64,000 bases of DNA from Alphaproteobacteria bacterium (GCA_963667785.2 CAXXMU010000006.1:192001-256000); one strand, 5' to 3'; counted from the stretch's first letter, positions 7,668 to 17,602 are shown. Numbers and translations: made by a program. Notes: generated from the sequence alone by a model not told the origin.

Positions 7668-9839
7668 CTATGCCCTGTTCGGGTAGGTCGGGTGCCCCCA
7701 GATGTGCTTCTCGCTGATGAAGGGAAGCGGATACTGCGGATTGTCCGACTCGAATTCGCGGCCTAGCCGGTGCCCTTCGAACACGGATAACTGGATGAAG
7801 CGCGGCGTGTGGCAGTCCCCCACGTGATAGACCGCCTGCACGTCGTTTTCAGGCCAGTCGTCCTTCCGCGCCTTGAGCGATGTAAACAGCTCGGTTCTCG
7901 ACTGGCGCGCCGTACAGAGGATCACGGTATCGCATTCCAGCATCGTCGTTTCGGTGCCGAGGCGCCTCGGCACGTGGCCTTTTCGCGGCGGCAGCTCGAT
8001 ATCGGCACCGTCGCGATAGGCATACGCGATCTCGACCTTGACCGTGTTGTCGACGGCAAGGGATTCGACCCAGTGAAGCGGGTAGCACTGGATCTCCTTC
8101 TCGTAGAGAAGCCGCTGCAGGTTGGGCCCCTCAAGGGTGTTCTGGCAGAACGGGGCGACCTCGTTGAACTGGGTGACGACGGAGACCTGCTTGCCTCTCT
8201 CCGCCATGATTTCGGCCATCGCGACGCCGGTGAAGTAGCCGTCGCCGTCCAGGATCACCACGCGATCACCGAGTTCCTTTCCGTTCATCACCTGCTCGGG
8301 CGTGCAGAACTGCGGCGCTTCGGCATCGGCGCCCTCGATCGGTCCGAAGTTGACGGCGTTGAGCCCATCCGAGGCCCAACGGGCGCCGACGGCGATCACG
8401 ACCTTGTCAGCTCCGTAGGCAAGCACGCTGTCGGCCGTCATGTCGTCCACGCCGGTGTGCACCTCGACGGTCCTGAGCTTGTCGAGCTGGGTCTGCCGGT
8501 AGCTGATGATGCGGCCCCATTCCGCAAGCCCCGGGTAGCGCATGACCTGGCGGATGTGCCCTCCGATCTCGTCTTCGCGCTCGCGCAGGTGAACGTCGTA
8601 GCCTCGCTCGCCGAGCACGCGCGCGCATTCCATCCCTGCGGGGCCGGCACCCACGACCAGGACCGAACAGGGATTCTCCGCCCTTTCGAACTCTTCGGGA
8701 TGCCAGCCCCGCCGGTACTCCTCCATCGCCGTCGCGTTCTGGGTGCAGATGAGCGGGGCCTCCAGGTTGAACTGTGAGACGCAGATGTTGCAGCCGATGC
8801 ACTCCCGGATGTCGTCTGTCCTGCCTTCCCTGATCTTGCGTGGCAGAAACGGATCGGCGATCGACGGCCGCGCGGCGCCGATCAGGTCCGCCTCGCCGGC
8901 GCGGATGATGCGCACCATGTCGTCCGGGCTGGTGACCCGTCCCACGCCGACTACGGGGACATTCGTCACTTCTTTGACCGCCTTGGTGGCCCAGGTCTGA
9001 TAGGCGGGCTCGAAGAAGCGCGAGGGGCCGGCGTCGTTGCCCCACTCCATGAAGTACGAGATTTTGATGTTCCAGAGATCGCACACGCCTTCACGCGTGA
9101 CCAACTCCACGAACTTGAGGCCCTCCTCCAATTCCAGCCCCGCCGGCCCCAGCAAATTGTCGATCGCGATGCGCGTGCCGACGGCGACGCGATCGCCCAC
9201 GGCGCGCTTGAGAGCCGCCATGGTCTCCAGCCAGAAGCGGGCGCGGTTCTCGAACGAGCCGCCCCAGCGGTCGGTGCGCTTGTTGTACATCGGCTGGAGA
9301 AACTGGGTCGGAAGCGAGGAATCCGAGCCGACGATGTCGATGTAGTCGAAGCCCGCGTCCTCGGACAGTTTGGCGGCATCGACATACATCTGAATGAGCT
9401 CGCGGATGTCGTCTTCGTCGCACTCGTGGCAGTAGTTCTGATAGGCCGTTTCCGACGGCATCTGGCTGGGGCCGCGGGCGATCCCGAGGGTTTCGCGCAC
9501 CGGCGCGTGCGCGCCGCCGTACCAGAGCTGAATACCGGCCAGAGCACCGTGCCGATGCACGCTCTCGGTCGTGTGTCGCAGATTGATGACGTCGCCTTCG
9601 TCCCATAGACGCACGCCGATGTGGGGCGTGTCGTCGGATTCCGGGCTGATTGCGCAGTATTCGACGCAAACGACTCCCCAGCCGCCCTCGGCCTTCATCG
9701 CGCGAAAGGCAGCCTGAGCGCCGGGTCTCTGGGAGCCTGCGCCGTTGCAATGAGGAACCTGGAAGAATCGATTGGGAGCCTGCTTTGGCCCTATTCGAAC
9801 GGGCTCGAACAGGACGTCATACGTCGGATTGCGCGTCAT
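7668..9839 (-). CDS. Trimethylamine/histamine-dehydrogenase-family iron-sulfur flavoprotein
   Basis: NRFFQVPHC (Cys for covalent FMN), AEGGW, ESDD...LWDEGD, EWGNDAGPSRF, CIGCNIC...CTQN 4Fe-4S motif, EEYRRGWHPE, VGAGPAG; ATG 9839. Confidence 0.9.
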   Translation of the reverse strand: MTRNPTYDVLFEPVRIGPKQAPNRFFQVPHCNGAGSQRPGAQAAFRAMKAEGGWGVVCVEYCAISPESDDTPHIGVRLWDEGDVINLRHTTESVHRHGALAGIQLWYGGAHAPVRETLGIARGPSQMPSETAYQNYCHECDEDDIRELIQMYVDAAKLSEDAGFDYIDIVGSDSSLPTQFLQPMYNKRTDRWGGSFENRARFWLETMAALKRAVGDRVAVGTRIAIDNLLGPAGLELEEGLKFVELVTREGVCDLWNIKISYFMEWGNDAGPSRFFEPAYQTWATKAVKEVTNVPVVGVGRVTSPDDMVRIIRAGEADLIGAARPSIADPFLPRKIREGRTDDIRECIGCNICVSQFNLEAPLICTQNATAMEEYRRGWHPEEFERAENPCSVLVVGAGPAGMECARVLGERGYDVHLREREDEIGGHIRQVMRYPGLAEWGRIISYRQTQLDKLRTVEVHTGVDDMTADSVLAYGADKVVIAVGARWASDGLNAVNFGPIEGADAEAPQFCTPEQVMNGKELGDRVVILDGDGYFTGVAMAEIMAERGKQVSVVTQFNEVAPFCQNTLEGPNLQRLLYEKEIQCYPLHWVESLAVDNTVKVEIAYAYRDGADIELPPRKGHVPRRLGTETTMLECDTVILCTARQSRTELFTSLKARKDDWPENDVQAVYHVGDCHTPRFIQLSVFEGHRLGREFESDNPQYPLPFISEKHIWGHPTYPNRA

Positions 9840-10018
9840 CGCCTTGCCCTCGCATGTATCGCCTGCATCCCACGGCATCCAAGCATGACGCGGCCCGCAT
9901 TCGGATGCAAAATGCCGACCGGGAGAAAGCGCCGGTACAGCCTCGACCATCCGGCGATCCCCCGGGGCCGGCAGTCGTACGACGCGACCGCGCCGATCCC
10001 TGGGAAGGAGCTTGAACG

Positions 10019-11341
10019 ATGGCCCGCTCCAACGACGATCTGAGCCAGCGCGACACCGCGGCGATTGCGGAGATTCAGAAGCTCCGCTTCAACCCGCTGG
10101 CGGCCCGCGGCGGCAGCGGCTCCTACCTCACCAGCGAGGACGGCCGGCGCATCCTCGATCTCTCGGCGTCCGCGACCGCCGCGAGCCTCGGCTACGCCCA
10201 CCCGGCAGTGACCGAAGCGGTGACCAGGGCGCTCACCGACATGGCGGGTGCGAGCCTCTTGATGTACCCGAACGAGTCGGCCGCCGCGCTCGCCGAAGCG
10301 TTGCTCCAGGTCACGCCGGGTAGTGGCGAGCGGCGCGTCTGGTTCGGCCATTCCGGCTCGGACGCGAACGATGCCGCGGCCCGCGTGCTGGAGGCGGCCA
10401 CCGGCCGCCCCCGCTTCATCTCGTTCATCGGCTCCTATCACGGCGGGGTCGCAGGCTCGATGGCGATCTCGGGCCATACCGCGATGACCCACACCCTGCC
10501 GCGACCGGGCCTGGTGCTGCTGCCCTATCCCGACCCGTACCGGCCGCGCTTCTCGGCGGACGACGTGCTCGACATGCTGGACTACCAGTTCGAAACCACG
10601 TGTCCGCCGGAACAGGTCGCCGCCGTCTTCATCGAGCCCATCATGTCCGACGGCGGGCTCATCGTGCCGCCCGCAGGCTTCCTGAAGGCGCTGGAGGAGC
10701 GCTGCCGGCGACACGGCATTCTCACGGTGCTCGACGAGGTCAAGGTCGGCTGCGGGCGCAGCGGGCTGTTCCACGCCTTCAGTCACGAGGGCCTGGAGCC
10801 CGACATGGTGGTGCTCGGCAAGGGGCTGGGCGGCGGCCTGCCGCTCTCCGCCGTGATCGGGCCCGCGGACGTTCTGGACCACCGCCCCGCCTTCGCCATC
10901 CAGACCACCGGAGGCAATCCGGTCTGCACCGCCGCGGGCCTCGCCGTGCTGCGCACCATTCTCGACGAGGACCTTCCCGATCACGCCGCGCGCATGGGCA
11001 AGCAACTGGCGGACGGCCTGCGGGCGCTGGGCGAACGACACGCGATGATCGGCGATGTGCGCGGCCGCGGGCTCGCGATCGGTGTCGACCTGGTGCGGGA
11101 CCGCGAGAGCAAGGCGCCGGTCGACGCCACCACCACGGCCAAGGTGATCCTGCGCGCCTACGAGCTTGGCGCGAGCTTCATCTATGTCGGGCTTGCCGCC
11201 AACGTGCTGGAAATCACGCCACCCCTGAACTTGAGCGACGCAGAACGCGGCGAGGGGCTTGCCATCATTGACCGGGCCCTCACCGATGTCGCCGAGGGCC
11301 GCGTCTCCGACGAGGCGGTGCAGGCCTACATGAACTGGTGA
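10019..11341 (+). CDS. Class III PLP enzyme, alpha-amino-epsilon-caprolactam/amino-acid-amide racemase-like
   Basis: QKLRF, WFGHSGSDAN, LPYPDPYRP, IEPIMSDGG, DEVKVG (Lys instead of the usual Gln), LGKGLGGGLPLSAV, terminal Trp; all as recalled for Achromobacter obae ACL racemase. Confidence 0.8.
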   Translation: MARSNDDLSQRDTAAIAEIQKLRFNPLAARGGSGSYLTSEDGRRILDLSASATAASLGYAHPAVTEAVTRALTDMAGASLLMYPNESAAALAEALLQVTPGSGERRVWFGHSGSDANDAAARVLEAATGRPRFISFIGSYHGGVAGSMAISGHTAMTHTLPRPGLVLLPYPDPYRPRFSADDVLDMLDYQFETTCPPEQVAAVFIEPIMSDGGLIVPPAGFLKALEERCRRHGILTVLDEVKVGCGRSGLFHAFSHEGLEPDMVVLGKGLGGGLPLSAVIGPADVLDHRPAFAIQTTGGNPVCTAAGLAVLRTILDEDLPDHAARMGKQLADGLRALGERHAMIGDVRGRGLAIGVDLVRDRESKAPVDATTTAKVILRAYELGASFIYVGLAANVLEITPPLNLSDAERGEGLAIIDRALTDVAEGRVSDEAVQAYMNW

Positions 11342-11498
11342 GCGACCGCCCCGCGCGGCGCGCATTGACGGGACTGAGGACGTGACATTGGTGAGACGTC
11401 CGGGCTACCGTCGGATTCGATGCTTCGAGCATCATTTCCCCAACGAACAAGAAAATATCGTCGGTACAACTGACGTGAACAAGAAAGGGAGGTCAACG

Positions 11499-12893
11499 AT
11501 GTCGATAATCAACAAGCTTGCCCTCGGAGCCGGCGCCGCTGCGCTGGCCGCCGTTCTGGCCGGGGCGCCCCTGGATGCCAACGAGGCGCACGCCTGGTCG
11601 CTGGAGGAGGCGGCCAAGCCCTATGCCGGAACGGAAGTCCGCGGCATCTGCGACGGTTACGCGCCGTGCATGTCCTATGTCGCGCTGACCGACGAATTCG
11701 AGCAGCTCACCGGCATCAAGGTGAACTTCGAGATCGCCGACCTCGCGGCGATTCAGACCCAGTTCCTGACGGACCAGATCACCGCATCGCAGTATTACGA
11801 TATGGTCGAGGTGGTATCGTTCTCCACGGGCGTGTTTCCGGCCCATGGTTTCGTGCACGACTGGTCCACGTTTACCGACAATCCGGCGCTGAAGGATCCG
11901 GACGTCAATTTCGCGACTGACCTCGTCCCGGCGCTCTACGAAGTTTCGACTCTTCACGACGGCAATCTCTACAGCGTGCCAACAAAGTACGTGCTGGCCT
12001 TCATGGTCTACCGCAGCGACCTCGTAACCGACGAGGAGAAGGCCAACTTCGAAGCGGCGAACGGCTACGCCATGCCGCTACCGCCGACCACCTGGCAGCA
12101 CTATCACGACCTCGCCGCCTTCTACACGCGCGAGAAGGGCGAGACGCTGGCGGGGCAGGTGCTGGAGAGCGACTTCTACGGCACGATCGTGCCCTTCAAG
12201 CGCCACCTCGCCGTGCTCTACGACTACGAGCGCATCCTGATCAACATGGGCGGCCGCTATCTGGACGAGAACGGCAACGTCGCGCTCGACGAAGGCGATG
12301 CCGCGGTCAAGGCGCTCGAGTTCATGCTCTCGCTCCGGCCCTACTCGAACCCCGGCTACATGGAAGCGACCTGGGACGAAGAGTACTCGGAGATGTGCGC
12401 CGGCAATCTGTTCACCATGTTCACCTGGGGCGATACCACGCCCTACCTCGAGATTCCGGAAGACTGCCCCGGTTCGGCCGGAAAGATGACCTACTATGCG
12501 CATCCCGGCATGGGGCTCTCCATCGCCGAGGCCAACAACTGGATGATTCCGAAGAGCGCCCAGAACCCGGAAGCCGCGTTCCTCTTCGCCCAGTGGATCA
12601 ACCGCAAGGACATCCAGGCCCGGACCATGCCGGCGGGCGGCAATCCGACCCGGAGCGACGTCTACGCAATGCCCGAGTGGAGCGACCCGAACTGGGTGAA
12701 CATCCAGCGCGACCAGCTCTATCGGTGGCTTGAGGAGAACGACAAGCTGCTGCCCCGTCCGAATCCGCCGACGTGGCTCGCCTGGACGGAGATCTTCACG
12801 GAAGAGCTCTCCAACGCCGGCGCCGGGAACCAGGATGCGGCGACGACAATCGCCAACATCGCGCAGCGGATGCGCGACGTGGCGGAGCAATAA
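11499..12893 (+). CDS. CUT1-type ABC transporter substrate-binding protein
   Basis: ATG 11499 after GGGAGG; Sec signal ending AHA-W; SLEEAAKPYAG, YRSDL, PTTW, EAAFLFAQW. Confidence 0.88.
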   Translation: MSIINKLALGAGAAALAAVLAGAPLDANEAHAWSLEEAAKPYAGTEVRGICDGYAPCMSYVALTDEFEQLTGIKVNFEIADLAAIQTQFLTDQITASQYYDMVEVVSFSTGVFPAHGFVHDWSTFTDNPALKDPDVNFATDLVPALYEVSTLHDGNLYSVPTKYVLAFMVYRSDLVTDEEKANFEAANGYAMPLPPTTWQHYHDLAAFYTREKGETLAGQVLESDFYGTIVPFKRHLAVLYDYERILINMGGRYLDENGNVALDEGDAAVKALEFMLSLRPYSNPGYMEATWDEEYSEMCAGNLFTMFTWGDTTPYLEIPEDCPGSAGKMTYYAHPGMGLSIAEANNWMIPKSAQNPEAAFLFAQWINRKDIQARTMPAGGNPTRSDVYAMPEWSDPNWVNIQRDQLYRWLEENDKLLPRPNPPTWLAWTEIFTEELSNAGAGNQDAATTIANIAQRMRDVAEQ

Positions 12894-12908
12894 GGGCGGG
12901 GGTGTCGC

Positions 12909-13020
12909 AGCCCAGGGAAACCTGCTTCGGGGGGCCGAACCGGCCCTCGGGACCCCGACCTGGGCTCGCAGGATAGGCTGAGTGCCGTCCCCGGTGTTGC
13001 GCCCGGCAACGCCGGGGACC
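12909..13020 (+). other. Stem-loops downstream of the SBP gene (likely mRNA stabiliser or partial terminator)
   Basis: AGCCCAGG...CCTGGGCT and GTCCCCGGTGTTGC...GCAACGCCGGGGAC inverted repeats. Confidence 0.5.
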
Positions 13021-13101
13021 GGCTGCGTTGACGGCGGCGCAGCGTCGCTGTGAGCGTGGGCTCGGGTCAAGCCGTCCCTGAACTCCGAGAAGGGCCTTGT
13101 C

Positions 13102-14622
13102 ATGGCAGACGTCCATTACGACGCGATCATCGTCGGCGCGGGTCATAACGGGCTGGTCGCCGCCTTCTACCTCGCGCGCGCCGGACGGAAGGTGCTGCTC
13201 TGCGAGCGCCGGTCGTTCGTGGGCGGTGCCTGCGCCACCGAAGAGCTGTTCGATGGCTATCGGGTGTCGTCCTGTGCCTACGTGATGTGGAAGCTGGAGC
13301 AAAAGGTGCGCGACGACATGGGGTTGGACAGGCGCGGCCTGACCATGCATCTGATCGACCCGCCGGTGTTCTTTCCCTACGAAGACGGTTCGCACGCGTT
13401 CCTGCACTACGACATGGATCGCACGGTGGAATCGATCGCGCGGCTGAACCGCCATGATGCCGCGCGATTTTCCGACTGGGTGGACCTCTGGACCCGGGCA
13501 ACGGGGCTGGTGCAGCCCTACATGCTGACCGATCCGCCGACACTCTCCGACGTCTGGGAACGCGCCAAGGCAAGCGGGGACGAAGCCGTGCTGGAGCGCT
13601 TTCTCACCAGCTCGCTCGTCGATCTCGCGGCCGACCACTTCGAGGACGAGCGCGTGCGCGCGATGATGCTCTACGTGCAGGATATCGCCGATCCCCATGC
13701 GCCGGGCAGCGCCTGGGCCGAGGTCTTTTTCCAGTTCGGCGCCGCGGGCGGACACGGCTACTACGTCGTCGAAGGGGGCATGGGCTCGATCACGCAATAC
13801 ATGGCCGATGCCGTGACCGAGCAGGGCGGCGAAATCCGTTGCGACGCGCCGGTCGCGCAGGTCTTGGTGGAGAACGGCGTGGCCAGCGGTGTGCGCCTCG
13901 AATCGGGCGAGGAGATCAGCGCAGGCATCGTGGTGTCGAACGCCGATCCCAAGCGCACCTATCGCACCCTCTTTTCCGCCGATGACCTGCCCGGCGACCT
14001 CGCCAGGCGCGTGGAACGGCTCAAGACCGGAACAGGCTACTTCAAGTTCCACTGCGTGATGGACGACGTTCCGGATGTCTCGGGCTACCTCGATGGGTAC
14101 GACGGCCCGCCCATCTCCTACATCATGATCGCGCCCAGCCTCGACCACTACGCGCGGGCGGGGGCTGAGATGCGCGCAGGCGTGCCCTGCAGCGAGCCGA
14201 TCTGCCACCTTCAGGTGCCGACGCTCTACGACGGGACCCTGACCGATCGCGACGGCCATATCTGCTCGATCTGGGGGCTCTATGCGCCGGCGCACCTGGC
14301 GGAGGGCACGTGGGATGAGCGCCGCGAGGAGGTGGGCGAAGGCGTCATCGATTACGTGACGCGGTTCGTCCCCAACTTCCGCTCCGCGATTCGCGAATGG
14401 ATGTTCATGAGCCCGTGGGACATCGAGCAGCGCGCCGGCATCACCGACGGCGCGATCCGCCATCTCGACGTGGTGCCGAGCCAGTTCCTGAACGGGCGGC
14501 AAAGCTACGACACGCCGATCGGGAACTTCTATCTCTGCGGCGGCGGTACCCATCCGGCCGGTGAGGTCACCGGCGCGCCGGGCCACAATGCCGCGCATCA
14601 CATCTTGCGGACCAACGCCTAG
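13102..14622 (+). CDS. Phytoene-dehydrogenase-like (PYROXD2/COG1233) FAD oxidoreductase
   Basis: IVGAGHNGLVAA, ERR..VGGAC.TEE, GGMGSIT, VSNADP, YLCGGGTHPAGEVTGAPGHNAA. Confidence 0.88.
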   Translation: MADVHYDAIIVGAGHNGLVAAFYLARAGRKVLLCERRSFVGGACATEELFDGYRVSSCAYVMWKLEQKVRDDMGLDRRGLTMHLIDPPVFFPYEDGSHAFLHYDMDRTVESIARLNRHDAARFSDWVDLWTRATGLVQPYMLTDPPTLSDVWERAKASGDEAVLERFLTSSLVDLAADHFEDERVRAMMLYVQDIADPHAPGSAWAEVFFQFGAAGGHGYYVVEGGMGSITQYMADAVTEQGGEIRCDAPVAQVLVENGVASGVRLESGEEISAGIVVSNADPKRTYRTLFSADDLPGDLARRVERLKTGTGYFKFHCVMDDVPDVSGYLDGYDGPPISYIMIAPSLDHYARAGAEMRAGVPCSEPICHLQVPTLYDGTLTDRDGHICSIWGLYAPAHLAEGTWDERREEVGEGVIDYVTRFVPNFRSAIREWMFMSPWDIEQRAGITDGAIRHLDVVPSQFLNGRQSYDTPIGNFYLCGGGTHPAGEVTGAPGHNAAHHILRTNA

Positions 14623-14650
14623 GGCCCCGGCCTGTCCCGAGGCGCCTCGC

Positions 14651-14746
14651 ATGAATGCATCGTTCCCGGATCAGGCGAGAGTGGTGATCGTCGGCGCGCC
14701 GTCGAAGGCGATGGAGGCGCGGCGCGGCGACGCGGGCTCGCCATGA
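14651..14746 (+). pseudogene. Remnant N-terminus of a dimethylglycine/sarcosine-dehydrogenase (GcvT-family) gene
   Basis: MNASFPDQARVVIVGA resembles the P..ARVVIIGGG start of this family but breaks within the GxG motif; 31 codons, ending in ATGA overlap with the permease. Confidence 0.55.
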
Positions 14747-15672
14747 GCAACGGTGCGTCGAGCGGAGGCGTCCTGGCCGATTCCGCGTCGACCAGAACCT
14801 TCCTCTGGGTCTGCATGGGCCCGGTTCTGGTGTTCCTGCTCATCGTGGCGATCGCGCCCATGACGCTCGCGATCGTGGACAGCCTCCGCGAGCTCTCGCT
14901 CACCAGCCTGACGAAGCGGGGCCAGTTCATCGGGCTCGACAACTACCGCGATCTGATCGCAACCGATTCGAAGTTCTACGCGGCGATCGCGCACACGGCG
15001 ATCTTCATGGCCGTCGTGGTGCCGGTGGAGTTCGTGCTCGGCCTGATGATCGCGCTGTGGCTCAATCGCGAGTTCGCCGGCCGCCGGCTGGTGCTGACGA
15101 TCATCATGATCCCCACCATGATCGCACCGGTGGTGGTGGGCATGATCTGGCGTTTCTTCCTGATGCCGAGCTTCGGTGTGCTCACCGTCTACCTCAACCG
15201 GATCGGGCTGTTCGAGGACACGAGTGTCTTCTCGGGCCCGGTGACCGCGTTCGGCGCCCTGATGATCATCGACATCTGGGAGTGGACCCCCTTCATCATG
15301 CTGATCATGCTGGCGGGGCTTTCGGCGGTCCCGAGAGCGCCGATTGAGGCGGCGACCCTGGACGGGGCGTCGCGCTGGCAGATTCTGCGCCACATCGAGC
15401 TCCCGATGCTGGTGCCGCTGATCATCATCGCGCTCATGCTGCGCGCAATCGACGCGAGCAAGATCTTCGACACGATCCATGTGCTGACCGGCGGCGGGCC
15501 GGGAAACGCAACGGAAGTCATCGCCACCTTCGCCTATCGCACCAATTTCCTGACGTGGAACCTGGGCTACGGTGCGGCGGTCTGTCTGGTGCTCGCGTTC
15601 GCGTCGCTCGTGATGGCGGCGCTCTTCTACAAGATCGTGAGCGGCAAGGCGCCGACTCAGGAGGCGGCCTAG
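14743..15672 (+). CDS. CUT1 ABC permease (MalF-like)
   Basis: GLDNY, DIWEWTPF, EAATLDGASRW, TGGGPG. Confidence 0.93.
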   Translation: MSNGASSGGVLADSASTRTFLWVCMGPVLVFLLIVAIAPMTLAIVDSLRELSLTSLTKRGQFIGLDNYRDLIATDSKFYAAIAHTAIFMAVVVPVEFVLGLMIALWLNREFAGRRLVLTIIMIPTMIAPVVVGMIWRFFLMPSFGVLTVYLNRIGLFEDTSVFSGPVTAFGALMIIDIWEWTPFIMLIMLAGLSAVPRAPIEAATLDGASRWQILRHIELPMLVPLIIIALMLRAIDASKIFDTIHVLTGGGPGNATEVIATFAYRTNFLTWNLGYGAAVCLVLAFASLVMAALFYKIVSGKAPTQEAA

Positions 15673-16488
15673 ATGCTGCGCCGCAACTGGGTCACCTTCC
15701 TCGTTCCTCTGGTCCTCTTGCTGGGCGTCGCGCTGATTCCCTATATCTGGATTCTGCTCGCGAGCTTCAAGGAACGGGTGGACTTGATTACGCCCGATCC
15801 GAAGTGGGTATTCGAGCCCACGGTCGTCAATTATGTCGAAATCTTCGGAAGGGGCTTCGACGTGTTTCTCCTGAACTCGATCATTATCGGGTTCTCGAGC
15901 ACCGCGTTGACCGTGATTGTCGGCACCATGGCGGCCTACGGCTTCTCCCGCTTCAAGATCCCGGCGGGGAATCACCTGTTCTTCCTGATCCTGGCGACGC
16001 GGCTCGGGCCGCCGGTCGCCTACGCCTTGCCGATGTACCTGGTTTTCGACGCCTTCGGCCTCGTCAACAGCCATTTCGCGGTCATACTCGCCCACGCGAC
16101 CTTCAATCTCGTCCTCGTGGTCTGGATGATGCGGTCGTTCTTCAACGACGTCCCGCGCGAGATCGAGGAGGCCGCTTACCTGGATGGTTGTGGGCATTTT
16201 CGGGTGTTCTGGCGCTTCGCGATCCCGATGACGTACCCCGGCCTCGTGGCGGTCATGATCTTCGTGTTCATCTTTTCGTGGAACGAGTTGCTGTTCGCCC
16301 TGATTCTCTCAGGCGGGGAGACACGAACGCTCCCGGTGATGATACCGTCCCTCGTGCTGCACACAGGCACGCTCTGGGGGCAGGTCGCCGCAGCCTCGAT
16401 CATTCAGAGCATCCCCGTGCTCATCTTCATCTTCTTCATTCAGAAGAAGCTGGTGCAGGGCCTGACCTTCGGCGCGGTCAAGGGCTGA
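15673..16488 (+). CDS. CUT1 ABC permease (MalG-like)
   Basis: EEAAYLDG, SWNELLFA, GLTFGAVKG. Confidence 0.93.
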   Translation: MLRRNWVTFLVPLVLLLGVALIPYIWILLASFKERVDLITPDPKWVFEPTVVNYVEIFGRGFDVFLLNSIIIGFSSTALTVIVGTMAAYGFSRFKIPAGNHLFFLILATRLGPPVAYALPMYLVFDAFGLVNSHFAVILAHATFNLVLVVWMMRSFFNDVPREIEEAAYLDGCGHFRVFWRFAIPMTYPGLVAVMIFVFIFSWNELLFALILSGGETRTLPVMIPSLVLHTGTLWGQVAAASIIQSIPVLIFIFFIQKKLVQGLTFGAVKG

Positions 16489-16522
16489 GGCACGCGCGCC
16501 TCCCGCGGCGGTCGGGAGAGCC

Positions 16523-17602
16523 TCAGGCGCGCAGGCGCTCGCCCGTTTCGGTGTCGAACGCGAGCACCTTCACGGGATCGGTGAAGAGCCTGACGGTATC
16601 GCCGTAGCGGATCGCATCGTTGCGGATCGTCTTGGCGGTAAGGGCCGGCCCCTCGGACGAGAGCTCGAGGATCGTCTCGGCACCCAGATGCTCGACGGCC
16701 TCGACCCGACAGTCCAGCCCGACCGCGTCGCCATCGGATCCGGGAGCGAGGAATTCCGGGCGGATACCGAGCGTGACGGCTCGCCCCTGCGCCGCAGCGT
16801 GGGTCGGCGGCAGCCCGAGTGCGAGTTCGCCGGCGCGAAAGACCGGCGCGCCGTCGGAGGGCTCCACCACGCCGTCGATCAGGTTCATGGTCGGGCTGCC
16901 GATGAAGCCCGCGACGAACATGTTGTCCGGGTTGTCGTAGACGGCGAGCGGCGTGCCGATTTGCTGGATGCGTCCTTCGTTCATGACGACGATGCGATCG
17001 CCCATGGTCATCGCCTCGGTCTGATCGTGGGTGACGTAGATCATCGTCGCGGAGAGCCTGTGATGAAGCTTGATCAACTCGCCGCGCATCGCCATGCGCA
17101 GCTTGGCGTCCAGATTGGACAGCGGCTCGTCGAACAGGAAGACCGCCGGATCCCTCACGATCGCCCGCCCCAGAGCGACCCGCTGCTGCTGCCCGCCCGA
17201 CAGGGTCTTGGGCTTGCGCGACAACTCCTCGGTGATGCCGAGGATCGTCGCCGCGTCCCGAACGCGCCGGTCGATCTCGTCGCGCGGCACCTTCTTCAGT
17301 TTCAGGGCGAAGCCCATGTTGTCGGCGACCGACATGTGCGGGTAGAGGGCGTAGGACTGGAACACCATCGCGACATCGCGGTCCTTGGCGTGGACGCTGG
17401 CGACGTCGCGATCGCCGATGTAGATGCTTCCCGAGGTGACCGCCTCCAATCCAGCGATCATGCGCAGGCATGTCGTCTTGCCGGAGCCCGAGGGACCGAC
17501 CAGGACCACGAACTCGCCGCTTCCGATGCTGAGATCGACGGCGTCGACGGCGGCCACGGCGCCGAAGCGCTTGGTGAGGCCTTCGAGCCGCACCGCGCTC
17601 AT
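16523..17602 (-). CDS. CUT1 ABC ATP-binding protein
   Basis: GPSGSGKT, VFQSYALYPH, LSGGQQQR, DEPLSNLD; ATG 17602 overlaps upstream TGA (TGATG). Confidence 0.95.
   Translation of the reverse strand: MSAVRLEGLTKRFGAVAAVDAVDLSIGSGEFVVLVGPSGSGKTTCLRMIAGLEAVTSGSIYIGDRDVASVHAKDRDVAMVFQSYALYPHMSVADNMGFALKLKKVPRDEIDRRVRDAATILGITEELSRKPKTLSGGQQQRVALGRAIVRDPAVFLFDEPLSNLDAKLRMAMRGELIKLHHRLSATMIYVTHDQTEAMTMGDRIVVMNEGRIQQIGTPLAVYDNPDNMFVAGFIGSPTMNLIDGVVEPSDGAPVFRAGELALGLPPTHAAAQGRAVTLGIRPEFLAPGSDGDAVGLDCRVEAVEHLGAETILELSSEGPALTAKTIRNDAIRYGDTVRLFTDPVKVLAFDTETGERLRA

Noticed and set aside
13102-14622. Carotenoid biosynthesis (crtI)
   Set aside because: No crtB/crtE nearby; motifs fit the broader COG1233/PYROXD2 group in a catabolic context
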